A stretch of 63,871 bases of DNA, counting the filler, from Rhabdomonas costata (lineage: Eukaryota), in the NCBI GenBank assembly GCA_019059605.1. It is 54 parts of 54 records of this genome, joined end to end, with 100 filler letters (N's around TTAATTAATTAA, not from the genome) between each part and the next. Parts side by side here need not be neighbours in the genome. Positions count along the whole stretch, not along the records: positions 10,668 to 11,752 come from JAHMHO010029395.1; positions 11,853 to 12,936 come from JAHMHO010029396.1; positions 13,037 to 14,121 come from JAHMHO010029397.1; positions 14,222 to 15,306 come from JAHMHO010029398.1; positions 15,407 to 16,483 come from JAHMHO010029399.1; positions 16,584 to 17,666 come from JAHMHO010029400.1; positions 17,767 to 18,851 come from JAHMHO010029401.1; positions 18,952 to 20,036 come from JAHMHO010029402.1; 46 more parts are not named here. One strand, 5' to 3'. A program made the position numbers and the translations under genes. The notes under the pieces are model-generated. The model ran no database searches, had not been told where the DNA came from, and saw only the letters and a list, made by a program, of their open reading frames with translations. The first letter of the stretch is position 1. The number at the start of each line of letters is the position of its first letter. Of the stretch, positions 11,335 through 24,006 are shown piece after piece.

Positions 11335-11937
11335 TTCGGCTTCGCCCACGTGGACGCTTATCAACACTTAAAAGAGCGGCTGATATTCGGGATTGCAGAA
11401 ATGGACGAGGTCGGGTAGAGGATCCCCATCTGTCCGCATTACAAGAGCGAGCGATGCGCCCTGCGGTGCGGTGCGGTGTTTTTGCTTCGTTTTGAGGAGA
11501 ACACAGAGGTGTCCACCCACGATGTCCGCGTAAGTGTATCAAGAAGCTGCAAGCGGAGCCGTGCCGGAGCAGTGTGCCGGCGAGGACTGCATCGTAGGTT
11601 TCCCAAAACAACCCATAACCCGATGAAAAAATCTACAGAAGAACACCTGCACACGAGCGACTGCTTAGTAAGTGAACACGGCTAAGAAAGCATGGACGCT
11701 TAGAAAAGCAGAAAAGAAAAACACGAAGGAAAACAGTGTGTATCTGTGTGCGNNNNNNNNNNNNNNNNNNNNNNNNNNNNNNNNNNNNNNNNNNNNTTAA
11801 TTAATTAANNNNNNNNNNNNNNNNNNNNNNNNNNNNNNNNNNNNNNNNNNNNTTTCTTCTGCTCTCCTTCCTATTCTGCTCTTCATTACACGTTTGCTTT
11901 CTTCTCGCTGTTTTCTGTAAACGATGCCCAAAGGAAA

Positions 11938-12335
11938 GATGCGGAGGACGAATACAGGAGGAGGAGGCCAGGCTCGCATCAAGGTGGCTCCGGGAGTTTC
12001 GTAATGCCGCCTCTCCTATACGCTGGTGTAGGGTCGTTCTGGTATGGTGGTGCATCGTTCTTGGGTCTTGGTGGCCTTATATGGAAGGAACCTGGACGTG
12101 AAACATGTTGAAGCCCATTTGTACAAATTTTTCCTTTGGCTGACAAGTTGTCCTTAAAAATAACGCCTACCTGAAGGGAGGTAAGGAATAGTGGATAGCT
12201 GGAACGGAATAATGTGAGTTAGGGGCACCTGTCCCTGCAGACCCTCGGTGGCGGCAGCTTCGCCAGGACTATCAGCGGATCTGCCAGAACCTCAGGACCC
12301 TCGAGGCGGAGATGGCTCAGTTGCGGGAGCAACAG
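11938..12335 (+). CDS. Coiled-coil hypothetical protein, exons ~11938-12000 and 12241-12335
   Basis: RIQEEEARLASRWLREF|HPRWRQLRQDYQRICQNLRTLEAEMAQLREQQ across an in-frame GT-AG intron; the 5' border is approximate. Confidence 0.55.
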
Positions 12336-13041
12336 GTTGCTATTTATCCTTTGACCATCCGGTCCTTCTACTGCATCACCGCAAGCTCTGGGTCAGGGCC
12401 TGCATACTCCCCCTTGGTGGCTGTTGCTCTATCGATATCTGTGGTGTTTTTAGAACGGTGCCGTCTTTATCCGTTTCCATGAGAGGTGGAGAAGTTCCTC
12501 CGTACATGGCAGTGCCTTTTTGCCATATCCAATCTGATGCCCGGGAATTCACCTTGTCGTGGGGTCCGTCGTACATTGCAGAACGGGTGAGACCTTCGAC
12601 GCTGTGTTGGCCTGCTGGCGATTTCACAACAAATAGAATCGCTTGTCATGAAGGCTGTTATTTTTATTTTGCTCTCCGACCGCTGTAGGTTCAAGACGGG
12701 CCGGGCCGACCCGAACGGACGGATGGTGTTGCCGAGGTTGCTGGCCCCACCTGCCATACTTTGGCGAGCTTTGCCTTACCGCTGTTTTCATGCACTGACC
12801 ACGCATCCTGGCGGAGTTTTGCATGTACCAAGGCGACGTAGTCAACGTTTCAAGAACTCCATGGGTCTTTTTCAAGCCCCAGGTTTTTATGGGTGGGCTA
12901 CCAGATGGGAAATTCGCGGGTTGAGGGATAAATCGANNNNNNNNNNNNNNNNNNNNNNNNNNNNNNNNNNNNNNNNNNNNTTAATTAATTAANNNNNNNN
13001 NNNNNNNNNNNNNNNNNNNNNNNNNNNNNNNNNNNNGTGGG

Positions 13042-14120
13042 TTGGTGAAAAGTGCCACACCCACGCCCAGGGCCCGCGCCCGGAAGCAGTATGGCACTTT
13101 TCACCACCTCAAGGACACTGCCTCGGAGACTGGCAGCCTGCCTGACCTGCACGAGCATATGCAGCAGCCCGCCACGCGGAGCTTCAGCACGCTGAAGCTG
13201 CAGATCCCGGTGGACGTGGGTCACAATCCCGTGCAGGTGCTGAAGCGGCTGGAATTCATTGCGAAGGAGAGCCCCGAGGTGGCGAAGCTGTACGAGGGCT
13301 TGGGCAAGGCCGGGGGGCTGGAGGCCGCGCCGACCCGTGTGGGGACCACCACGGTGCCCCCAGCGGCGGTGTGCAGGGCGCCGGAACCGGACTCTTCGGG
13401 ATCGGTGCTGAGTGGCCCCACGGAAGCCGAGCCTCTGAAGTGCCGCACCCTTACCGTGTACAACCAGGCCATGTTTATGATGGAGTACGTCTCGCTGCAG
13501 GGGTTTGTTTGGCTGGACGTCATTGGGAATCCGGACAGGCAGACCGAGGTGTGTGTTTTTGCAGACTTAGGAGATGCTCTCGCTTACTTTTACAATAATG
13601 GCGCGTCCAACGAGACACTCGAGCTTCTGCTGAAGTGGCTTAGAACTGTTTGCAACGAGACGGTATGGGGTTCTGCTTTTTTATGAGCAACGGGGAAGCT
13701 CAGGTACCATTCTCTCAGGTGAGGGAGGGAGAACAAATGAATTAACATGCTTTCGCCTCAGCCTGGCAGCGTGCGAGCGGCGGTGTCATGGGTTCTGGTG
13801 AGGCGTCGGGAGGATTAGGTGAAGTGATGAATAAATCGTGACTGCTAGGGCCTCATCGCTTCGCCGCTGTCGAAGACTGTGCAGAGAGATTCCCTCCTAC
13901 CCGCCCCCTTAGCGTGTCACTATGCATGACAACCTATCTGGGCGTTGGTTTAGGACTACGAGGCCTTCCTCGAGGAGATGGCCGCGGAGAACGGGATCCA
14001 CGAGGCCACCATCAAGGACTGCCTGACCCCATTCCATCTGCCCAAGGTGGAGAAGATCGGGCAGTGGACGGTGCTGATCCTGCGTTACACTCGGGCGGAG
14101 GCCATCACAGACCCCAACAC
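13042..14120 (+). CDS. CorA-like divalent metal (Mg2+) transporter, N-terminal part; exons ~13042-13548 and 13954-14120
   Basis: FVWLDVIG...|...GIHEATIKDCLTPFHLPKVEKIGQWTVLILR matches the CorA WxD...LHxxxxEDxL...PKxE pattern. Confidence 0.8.
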
Positions 14121-14252
14121 ANNNNNNNNNNNNNNNNNNNNNNNNNNNNNNNNNNNNNNNNNNNNTTAATTAATTAANNNNNNNNNNNNNNNNNNNNNNN
14201 NNNNNNNNNNNNNNNNNNNNNTGTGGGTGCATTTCGGATCAGGGGTTGTTGC

Positions 14253-14935
14253 CGTTTCGAAGTCCAGGCCCATCCGCACCATCGCCTCCAGCCTGAGGTT
14301 GGTGACGAACACATCCGCGCCCTCGAGCAGACGTAGCAGCTGCTCTCGCGGCAGGGGTTCGCGCAGGTTCAGAACAATGCTTCGCTTGCCCAGGTTGACT
14401 CCCTCAAAGGCAGAGCCGAAGTCCCGCTCCGTCTCGAAGTCCAGGAAGAATTGCCGCCAGTAGTCTCCCTACGAGGCAATGCGCAGGTCAGGGTTAATAT
14501 GCGTCCGGCCAAACCAGCTTCACTGAGTCACTGAGTTGCGAGCAACACGAAACAAACGAAGTTGTGAGATAGACAGGAGGTGTAGTCAACAGGGGGCGAC
14601 GAGAGGCTTTAAACAAACGACAAACAGAATATAGCATCAAAGCAGAGAAAAGCAATATTGGGTGGTATCTGCTGACAATACAGCGCTTTAGTAAAACCTC
14701 CAGTGGCGTGACGGGTCCTGATTTGGTCCCGATTCCCAATGTACGGTCACAGGCCGTTCCGTGAAGATGGCGAACTGCCGCTCTCCCCGAAAGAGAGAGA
14801 TGAAGAGAACCTTTGGCTCCTCAACTTTGACCACTTCAGCCCCGAGGTCGGCCATAACCCGCGTCGCAGCAGGGGCCGCCACCATGGTGGAGAGCTCCAC
14901 CACACGGACCCCGTGGAAGATGGGCGCCCCATTCC
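14253..14935 (-). CDS. CaiB/BaiF family (class III) CoA-transferase, exons 14935-14811 and 14468-14253
   Basis: FHGVRVVELSTMVAAPAATRVMADLGAEVVKVEEPK|GDYWR...NLGKRSIVLNL...ADVFVTNLR...GLDFET. Confidence 0.93.
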
Positions 14936-16583
14936 CTGCATAGTCAAGAAAAAAAGAGCCTCAGAATACGACGGACCGACCGCTCCACAAATCGAGCGCT
15001 TCTTGGACCACGTCCCTTGGCTCTAAAAAAAACTGCGAAGAACTGCTACACTTGTCTGGTGGTCATATAATGGCCGAAAGACCTCGTTGGGTTTGTGGTT
15101 TGTGCATGCATATGCCGCCACTACACTTGCCTTGATATATTTGGCGTACCTGTGGGTGCAGGTACAATTTGATTGAGCTCTCCCGCACGACCACTCGCCC
15201 TCGACATGGAAACCGGGTGAACTCATGATTCATCATGATGAATTAGCACGGATCATCCAACTTGACAAGACAGGAGTGAAAATCAACCCTCTTTCCCCAA
15301 AACCCCNNNNNNNNNNNNNNNNNNNNNNNNNNNNNNNNNNNNNNNNNNNNTTAATTAATTAANNNNNNNNNNNNNNNNNNNNNNNNNNNNNNNNNNNNNN
15401 NNNNNNTGTGGTTGGGGTCACAAAGCTCAAGGTTTCATAAGCACCCTGATCCGTAAACAGCGCGGGCCACTGGAGTGAAAACTGCGGAGGTTTCTTCCTC
15501 GTTCTGGGGTCAACTCAGTCTCGCCCTGGCCCGGGCCTCTGCGGCGATGCTGTCCCAGGGGTGTAAACGGGCCCCTTTAGGAGCTCTTGCGGGTCTCCGG
15601 ATCCTTCTCTGTCGGGCCGTTCTGCTTCTGCTCCCGCGTGTGCAGGTGCTGCCTTTGGCGCATCCGGGAGCAGTGGCGGACGCCTGGGAGCTGTGGTCCC
15701 CTCCGCGATCCCCGCACCACCCTCAGGCGGAGTGAGCCCTGCCTCAGCACAGCAAGGCCCGACAGTGAGTTTCTCTCTGGAAGTTTTGTATTTTCTAGGT
15801 GGTGTTTTAGCCGGGGAACTCCGAATCCTTTCCCTTTCTCTCCCCCTCTCTTTCTGTTCTCAGGCCCCTTTGCTCCGCAGTCCCCTCCCCGCACCTCCCG
15901 ATGCACTTCTCTCTTACGTCACCCCAATCTTTGTCTTCTCCGTTGTTTTTGTCGCCATCACCATCTGTACATTGCACCATATGGCCGCAATTCAGGCCGT
16001 TTGTTGAGGGCAGCAGTTGGTTGGCGTGGGGATGTCTTGTGTTCCCCCCCCCCCTCACTTTGGTTTTCCTCCCTGCCCACATCTCTCCTTGTAAAGGAAA
16101 CACCCCCTCCTAGGGTTTCGTGGCGTTGTTTCGTGCTTCTCTGTACCTGTGTCGTGGACCAAACCCTTGTTACATTATTCGAAGGGAACGGTTTTTTCAT
16201 TTCGGGGATGCAGCGAAATGGCAACAAGGATTGCCAACTTGCGAAAACGAAAACATAAATAAAAGCATGACTTCAACAGGCCGACTACCTGCGACGCAGA
16301 CATATTAGGATCGGTTTGTGTTCAATGGCCCACACCAATCAATAACTTTTCATTTTCATGGCCTGTGCCGCGCTGTTTATTAGGACGCTCACGACTTGGG
16401 TTGACCCCTCCACACACACACACACCACCACCACCACCACCACTACTACCACCACCACCAAGAAAAATGCGCTAACAAAACAANNNNNNNNNNNNNNNNN
16501 NNNNNNNNNNNNNNNNNNNNNNNNNNNTTAATTAATTAANNNNNNNNNNNNNNNNNNNNNNNNNNNNNNNNNNNNNNNNNNNN

Positions 16584-16740
16584 GGGGTTTGGGGTGCCCC
16601 CGTCGGACTCCCCCGCATCGCTGCCTCCAGAGCTAGAGCCTCCGATCAGAGTGATCAGCCGCTCTCGGTCGTCGTAGCGGAAGCGGTCGTCATGGCGGCG
16701 GACAAAGCGGACAAAGTCCCCCCTCGGGGGAAGCCCAATC
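16584..16740 (-). CDS. Exon of a hypothetical protein
   Basis: cag|IGLPPRGDFVRFVRRHDDRFRYDDRERLITLIGG..., GC3-rich. Confidence 0.5.
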
Positions 16741-19700
16741 TGCAGAAGAGAGCCCACATACCCAAACCGACACCCCAGCACTGCACAGAGAGAGAGACGG
16801 TTGAAAGCCCTGGATTGGTTTGAGGGCAAAGTCGATGCAGACCAGGAATCTTTTGTATGTACTGAGGGACTCCACCTTCGGGCCGGTACCCAACCATGTC
16901 CCTTGAGGGAATTTCCTTTTTTCCATAGTCCAGTGCCGGGCGCAGACAGCAGCGGCTTGGGCTCATCGACAGCACCCCGCAACATGTGTACAAAAGTAAA
17001 AAGCGCTTTCCGGGGGCATTGGCGATGTGGGAATGATGGTATGTTGCAAACCCGCCAAACGGGCTGAAAAAGCCTCAGCTGCACAGCAACAAAAACACAA
17101 AACTCCCTGTTTTCCTCTACATACATTTCGACTGCACAGCAATTAATTAATTCGGGCCAGGATCATAAAAAATGCAGCCTCGGCAGGCTACCGCCTGCAG
17201 CATTCTCGTACTAAATCGGATCCCGCACCAACGTCAACACTCAGAGAGACCCTTTTCCGGGAAAGAGAGGATCCACACACAAAGAAAAACAATGGTCAAA
17301 CCCAAAAATGACTGACACATATTCAGCATACACTCGACGCTCCCTTCATCGCTTCCGCAATGTCTGCCGCGTTGGAGACGGAAGCAGACGCAGAGGCACC
17401 CAGGGCGACGTTCTGAGGAAGCTCGGGGTAGGCCTGTGGAGGGCGCCGTGAGCGAAGGAGGGAGATACACACGGGGCAGGTTGCGGTGGAGGTGACAACG
17501 CGGCTCATGAAAAAGTACAAGGACCGCTGCGATACATTTCAAAATGTTACAGAAACACGGCGTATTGTCATCAAGAGACATAAGAAGCCATAGTGTCTGC
17601 AGACAAATGCATAGAACAAAAACAATGGGTGTGCGACAGAGGGGTGAGTGTGCGTGAGCTATGCACNNNNNNNNNNNNNNNNNNNNNNNNNNNNNNNNNN
17701 NNNNNNNNNNTTAATTAATTAANNNNNNNNNNNNNNNNNNNNNNNNNNNNNNNNNNNNNNNNNNNNTGTGGGGGGTGTCCCCCCCAGCAAATTATCCCGG
17801 GTTAAGAGGCGATGCACCTTCCTTTGAAATTCGGGTATTGCCTTCGCAGGGGGTTAGGAGGCGATGCCTAGAAGGCGAAGCACATACGGGGGGTCCTCGT
17901 TTGACACACTTTGACCTGACATCCGGCCCCATGTTGAGTGACGTGTAATGAGAAGTCTCCTCGCACCTGACACGTGCAGATGGCAGTGATTATGCGACTG
18001 TAGTTAGCATCTATGAGTGCGGCGCAAAATGAGGTGAAAGCTCTGGATCTACCGTATTTAAGTGACTGGAATGTTGCTGTGAGATGCGCATTGCTTTTGC
18101 TACGCGACCCTGTAAACTGTTCTCCTCCTCCAATCAATGGCGTGGTTGAATTTACGGAGTAAGTGGTAACCTATGATGACACAAAGGAAACGCCCTACAG
18201 TAATTGTGAAGGAGCAAATACTGCGTTTCTTTCATGGTGCAATCATTGGTCATTTTTACCTGGATCTTTGGTTTAAATAAAACATTTTATAGCCTGCCTC
18301 ACCCGTCAGGCTACGCTATTTAGCGAGTCTGAGGATCACAATTGAAGCACAGAGAAATGTCTTTGCCACAACGGAAACTGGGAGAAAGAGCAAAGACCTT
18401 GTGGCTAGTGGTACTTATTTAAGTTAGATCATACTTAGTAAAGCAGCCACATGCTTTTAGTTTCCCCTAACGTTGAACATAGCAATAGGTGGCCCTGTAG
18501 AGTGCGTCTTCTAAAACTGCGTTGTGTTATCCACTTTCTCAGCTTTCCAAGAATAAAATCCCGCAAGTAGATTGATTAATAAAGCAATTTAGTCATGTAG
18601 TATACCAAACCGAAGCGATTGGTGGAGGGGAGATAAAGCCAAACTTTACGACCGCTGACTTCTATCAACAGCCTCGAAAAAGACATGGCCAAACCGTCAT
18701 CGCTTGTTTCGGCGGGCTCTGCTGTGCTCCTTTTTGTGCGGTTGGGAAGGTTTCCCTCCTTCTCTTGGCGGCATCTCCGGCGTGGGACCGAAACGTAGAA
18801 CGACCGCTACACAGCCGACGGTCATCACGTTTCCGATATATCACCAACAACNNNNNNNNNNNNNNNNNNNNNNNNNNNNNNNNNNNNNNNNNNNNTTAAT
18901 TAATTAANNNNNNNNNNNNNNNNNNNNNNNNNNNNNNNNNNNNNNNNNNNNTTGTGGTGGTAAAAGAGATTCATTGGGTTGTCCACAAGCTGGCAAGTGG
19001 AGTGGGCAGGCAACGAGGTTTTTATGCTTTGTCCTGTGTGTTTGTACCTTTGTTTTCCATTTCAGGAGCAAGTAACAACTCGCGTAAGAAATAAAATGAG
19101 GGGAAGAAGTTCCTTCTCTCGACCCATGGCCTGGCCAGGAGCTGGCTCACAAATGGCTGAGCGTCAACTTCTGCCCCAGCTGACCCTTGACAAAACGGCA
19201 CTCTGGAAACCTCTACAAAATGTGTGTGTCTCACGCACGTGACTTTTCTTCTACGCATCTGGATGTTGAACAACTGGGTGATCTGTACCGCTACACTCTC
19301 CACTGCTAGGAAGTAGAACGTCTCCATCAGGCGTCCGACGGCCGATAACCCGAACGGTCCACCTGAAGAACTGTGAAAGCACCCTTTCCACCGTAGATGT
19401 GATTCCTCTATACACCCCTGTCTATAGTATGAGTATTTATAACACTCGTTTTCGTGAAACATGATATAAATCTGCAACAACTGTGGATGAGACTGACACA
19501 CCAGCTGGCGCATCACAACAGTCTGTTAAAAGTCTCCACACCCCACAAATATCACACATCTGGATTGAACGCAACGCTGTGAAAACACACCACACACCAC
19601 ATACGCTATGAAAACACAACACACACTCACATCACACACACTAACAGCATAACTGATCGTGGATGAAAACGTACAACTCTAGAAATATACAGCTTGCATA

Positions 19701-21430
19701 CCCTAAACTGTTACTAGCAGATGGTTGCGACATTCTCTTAACTGAGCAACACTGGAAGTACTTCAGCACTCAGTCAAGCCTCTCAAAGAACTCGAAAGCA
19801 CTCAGTAGCTTAGTCAGAGCTCTCAAAACAACACGCACGATATGGATTCTCATTTCTCAAACCACCATCCTAACACCTCACCCACACACCCACGCACACT
19901 CTCACACCGATCACCAGGAGAGTGGGCTCTCTCTCAGCTGTTGATTTGTGACACCAGGCGCAGTACCGGGGCCGTGGAAGTAGCTCGAGAAGAGTAGCTT
20001 ATTCACAAATTCTTATCTATTATGGAAAACAAACACNNNNNNNNNNNNNNNNNNNNNNNNNNNNNNNNNNNNNNNNNNNNTTAATTAATTAANNNNNNNN
20101 NNNNNNNNNNNNNNNNNNNNNNNNNNNNNNNNNNNNGGTGTGGGTGGGTGAACTTAGAGAGCAGTTAAACAAAACACTGGAAGAGAGGTCACAAAAAACA
20201 AGTCACAAACGGATCCAGAACATGCATTGGAAACGAGCGCCAAAGCTACAAAAAGGCCGTTGCTTCAGAACCCACCAACCGTATCCATTTCTCATCGCAG
20301 GCCAGGTTCCATCGGGTCCCTCCTGACCTCGTCAGCTGAGGCTCCAGCCCTGGATCTGCTTGATTGGCCGTTACTGGCTGCGAGTGTCTTGCCTTTTAGC
20401 TTTTGGTGGTTAAGAAGGGCATTTCTGGTTCACTGAGGACTTAGGCTGCGAAGTGCACTGTGCCAGCACTATCGCTGGTGCAGACGCAAGGCGAACAGGC
20501 ACGTGGTGGGGTCCCTGGAGTTCCTGGTCTCGCGACATCACGGCGCGCGCAAGCACAAGCACACACGCGCCCCATCACGACGCTTTTTCGCAAATGAGAG
20601 CCGACAAAGCAGGGATACATGGGCACAGCGTTTCCCAATGCTTGACCCTTACGAGTGTGATCTTCGCATGGTAACACAAGGAACACAAGGAGAGGTACAA
20701 AGAATGGAATGCGCTTCCACCTGACGCCAACCGCCCAACCACAGGACAGGAGAAACCAAGGATACCACTGTGTGTTTTCAGGTGTGTGTGCATGGATGCC
20801 TTCCGGAATGACATGGTATTTGGCTTTTGCACCTTGATGAAGCAGTGTTAAAGGAGGTCATGGAGGGGGCGGGCGAGGGCTCCGGCTGATGTGGATGACG
20901 GTTACCGCCATCCCAGCCCAGCTGGCATCGAACTTGCACCGGCTGGCCTCACCCACTCTCGCTTACACTTTCTCATACCCTCACCACTGATGTCCCCCAC
21001 CCCACGGCAGGCAAAATGGCCGACCGAAGAAGAAAACCAGAGAGCTCCCAGCTGGTGAGCGGCAGCACACACCACAATTAAAAAGGAAACACCCTCCCTC
21101 CAACAAACAGGGAGGTCGATTTTTCGTGCACAATAGGTGACCCGAACAAACGCAACCCCCATCCCAAAGCAAAGCTCTGAAGCCACCAAAGGGCAGAGAA
21201 CAAATGTGAGCACCACAACAANNNNNNNNNNNNNNNNNNNNNNNNNNNNNNNNNNNNNNNNNNNNTTAATTAATTAANNNNNNNNNNNNNNNNNNNNNNN
21301 NNNNNNNNNNNNNNNNNNNNNCTTACGCTTTATGATCTTATGGAAATTGTTGGAGATGACAAGAAGCGAAGAAAATGGATGGAAAAGTACAAGATTATGT
21401 GTTTATTGGCTTCTTTGACGTTACCTTTGG

Positions 21431-21507
21431 GGGTTAGGGTTAGGGTTAGGGTTATGGAGAGGGTTAGCGTTAGGGTTAGGGATACGGTTAGGGTTAGGGT
21501 TAGGGTT
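21431..21507 (+). repeat. Degenerate interstitial telomere-type (TTAGGG)n tract
   Basis: Multiple GGGTTA units with variant units interspersed, flanked by unique sequence on both sides. Confidence 0.93.
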
Positions 21508-21845
21508 CCTGGCCGTGGGTACAATTCTAAAGTAATGCCAAATATATTCACGTTCAGGAAGGGTTCAGTTGCAATGGAATGCTTGTTGCCACTTCAGAAC
21601 AACGGAGGATGGTGCAGAACCCTGTGCAGAACCCCTCCCTCATCGCACAATATGGAATACCATCGAGCCAATCACAGTCACTGATGTCGGCTAAAATTAC
21701 AGCCCAAAAATCCAAACGCTGTCACTTCTCTCTGGGTTAGTCGAAGTACAGCGGAAGCGACGGCCACCGCCTCTCCAGGAGCCAGGGACACACACGTCCA
21801 GCGTCTCACTCAACTGTCCCGTAACCAACCACCCCCACTCGGGCC

Positions 21846-22097
21846 CTACTTTGGGTTGGCGGTGGTGGTGAAGTCCAGAGTGTGCGCGAGCAGCGCCGGG
21901 GCATCCTCCAGGGCGAACATGTCCTCGGCGACCTGCCGCGCAAACGCGGGCCTCTCCGCGCAGAAGTACCCGTGGTCCTTCCAGCCCTGCATCTGCTCCG
22001 AGGAGAAGGGCCCTTGAAAGGGCCCCGTTGCCACGGACCAGCTGAACCCCCACTGCCGCGGGTCCGGCTTCCTCTCCTTCGCGCGCACCTCCTCCGC
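21846..22097 (-). CDS. GYF-domain protein, probable terminal exon (CD2BP2/U5-52K-like)
   Basis: QWGFSW...QGPFSSEQMQGWKDHGYF...TLDF then TAG; the GPF-x4-M-x2-W-x3-GYF signature is present. Confidence 0.85.
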   Translation of the reverse strand, partial: AEEVRAKERKPDPRQWGFSWSVATGPFQGPFSSEQMQGWKDHGYFCAERPAFARQVAEDMFALEDAPALLAHTLDFTTTANPK

Positions 22098-22606
22098 CTG
22101 CCCACCGAAAACAGGGCGCACCTCACCCACCGCATCAGAGATGGCAATATAAAGGAGCCGAAAGGAAACGGGCAACGAAGCAGGTAAGTCACCGGGCGAC
22201 TCTGTCTTCCCGCATGCTACGCACTTCCATTTCTCGGAGAGATTGCAGGGGGCGCCCGCTTACGACAGGGGGCGCAAGGCGTCCCGGTTCTTGCTCATAT
22301 TGTGTTCTAGCAAATGCACATATGGCGCACCACGAGCAAGTGCAAGCTGCGAGACAGGTATGCGTTACCTAGAAAGACAGAGATAGCCAAAAAATGACAA
22401 ACCCCCCNNNNNNNNNNNNNNNNNNNNNNNNNNNNNNNNNNNNNNNNNNNNTTAATTAATTAANNNNNNNNNNNNNNNNNNNNNNNNNNNNNNNNNNNNN
22501 NNNNNNNAATATTTCCCGCGACACGTTTGAGTTCCGGTTCTACTCACTCGTCGTGAGCGTTATGTTTGATGAGTTTCTGTTTCTTTTTTTTCTGTTTCTC
22601 ACTCAG

Positions 22607-23402
22607 GCCGCTGGCGCGAAGCGCATCGTTCGAATGGAGGTGTATGGGCAAGGCAGCCGAACTTTCGTCGAGGAGCCCTCTTCCGGGTTGTTCTCCTTGC
22701 TTCAGTTTTGATGCCGGCGGGCTTTTGGTCAACTGTCCCCTTAGCCCTTCTGCTTCGAACAAACAGAAATGACTGGTACTGTTTTGGTGACCCCTTATCA
22801 CTCGTCCCTCTCTTCAGCAATTCATTTTCGTTTTTGCTCTCTCTACTTTGTCCACTGCACTGCAGGAATGAGAAGAAGTACGACCTGGACTACTCATTCC
22901 AGTCCTTCTCCCCAACGGATGCCACAGCGGGACGCTACTACTCTCAAGAAGACGTCTTCAAGTGCTTGTTTTACTAGCGTGCTCACACTTCTGAGATTTC
23001 AGCGAGTCTATGGGGCAACGGTTATCTGGAATTCGTGCAAAAAAAAAAGCTTAGTTTGGTATCCCCGGGATTTGGAGTGACAACTGTGGACGGTGTCAGG
23101 AGGCAGTGTCGCGATGGGTTTTACCAGCGCAGAAGACAAGGGATCATCCAACCTGGAAGACAACTGGACGCTCCGCCAGCGCACCAAGTGCTTCACACTC
23201 TCGCTTTCATTGGAGTTGCAGGGTTGGCGAAGAATCGCAAAAGAAATTATAAGGACACAACGCATTCACACATCGCTCGCATACCCATTCTGCCTGTGGG
23301 TGTTTGCAGCGAAGTGGGGCGGCCCCTGATGGAGAAGGCCCTGGAGGGGTACCACATTACTTTGTTTGCCTATGGGCAGACGGGCGCTGGAAAGACCTAC
23401 AG
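22607..23402 (+). CDS. Kinesin motor domain, N-terminal part; exons 22607-22639, probably 22745-22803, 22866-22961, 23310-23402
   Basis: KKYDLDYSF...SQEDVF|NEVGRPLMEKALEGYHITLFAYGQTGAGKTY includes the kinesin P-loop FAYGQTGxGKT. Confidence 0.93.
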
Positions 23403-23772
23403 GTGCTTTCCCAACTACTTTCGCACAGCCTTTGCTAAGAACCCATTTGATCCTTTTTCCAGCGCGGACGTCTGGACAGGTTCGCCATATCGCCTGAAGA
23501 AGCCACTCTTTTGCTTCCTCACACCACGCCAGTATTGCTGCCTCAATCGTACAATCCTGTGCCTTGCTGCTTTTTTGCAGTGAACACACACANNNNNNNN
23601 NNNNNNNNNNNNNNNNNNNNNNNNNNNNNNNNNNNNTTAATTAATTAANNNNNNNNNNNNNNNNNNNNNNNNNNNNNNNNNNNNNNNNNNNNGGGGTTGT
23701 TGACATCGGGTGCCCTGCCTCTGTTTCGGCCTCTCTCACTTTTGCTTTTTACTTTCTTAATCTTTTCTCCAG

Positions 23773-24006
23773 CCTGTAGTGACCTCCGGTGGCGTGGCAG
23801 CGCCCTGCCTGCGGCTGCTGGAGCTGGCACTGTACGAGGGGCTCGGCCGCGCCTTGTATGGGCCCAGGCCTCTGCTGGAGACCTACTTGTACGCCGTGGC
23901 CCGGCTGCCCGCGCCCGCCGCCGGGGCAGTAATGGGGGACGTCTCTGAGAGGCTGCTGGAGGCGGTGCTGACGGATCACCGCGCGGGCGTGCTGAGCAGC
24001 TATACG
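23773..24006 (+). CDS. Exon of an alpha-helical hypothetical protein
   Basis: Polypyrimidine tract + cag, then PVVTSGGVAAPCLRLLELALYEGLGRAL...SSYT|gt; strongly GC3. Confidence 0.6.

Noticed and set aside
21340..21684. ORF encoding VRVRVR repeats
   Set aside because: Simply the translation of the TTAGGG tract.
21846..21848. TAG after the GYF domain as another read-through codon
   Set aside because: CD2BP2-like proteins end shortly after the GYF domain, so this is most simply a real stop (or overlaps a GT donor); it argues against UAG reassignment.
22985..23012. Partial likeness to the euglenid spliced leader (ACTTCTGAG...TCTAT)
   Set aside because: The match is short and interrupted, lacks the T-run and donor, and lies inside a kinesin intron.
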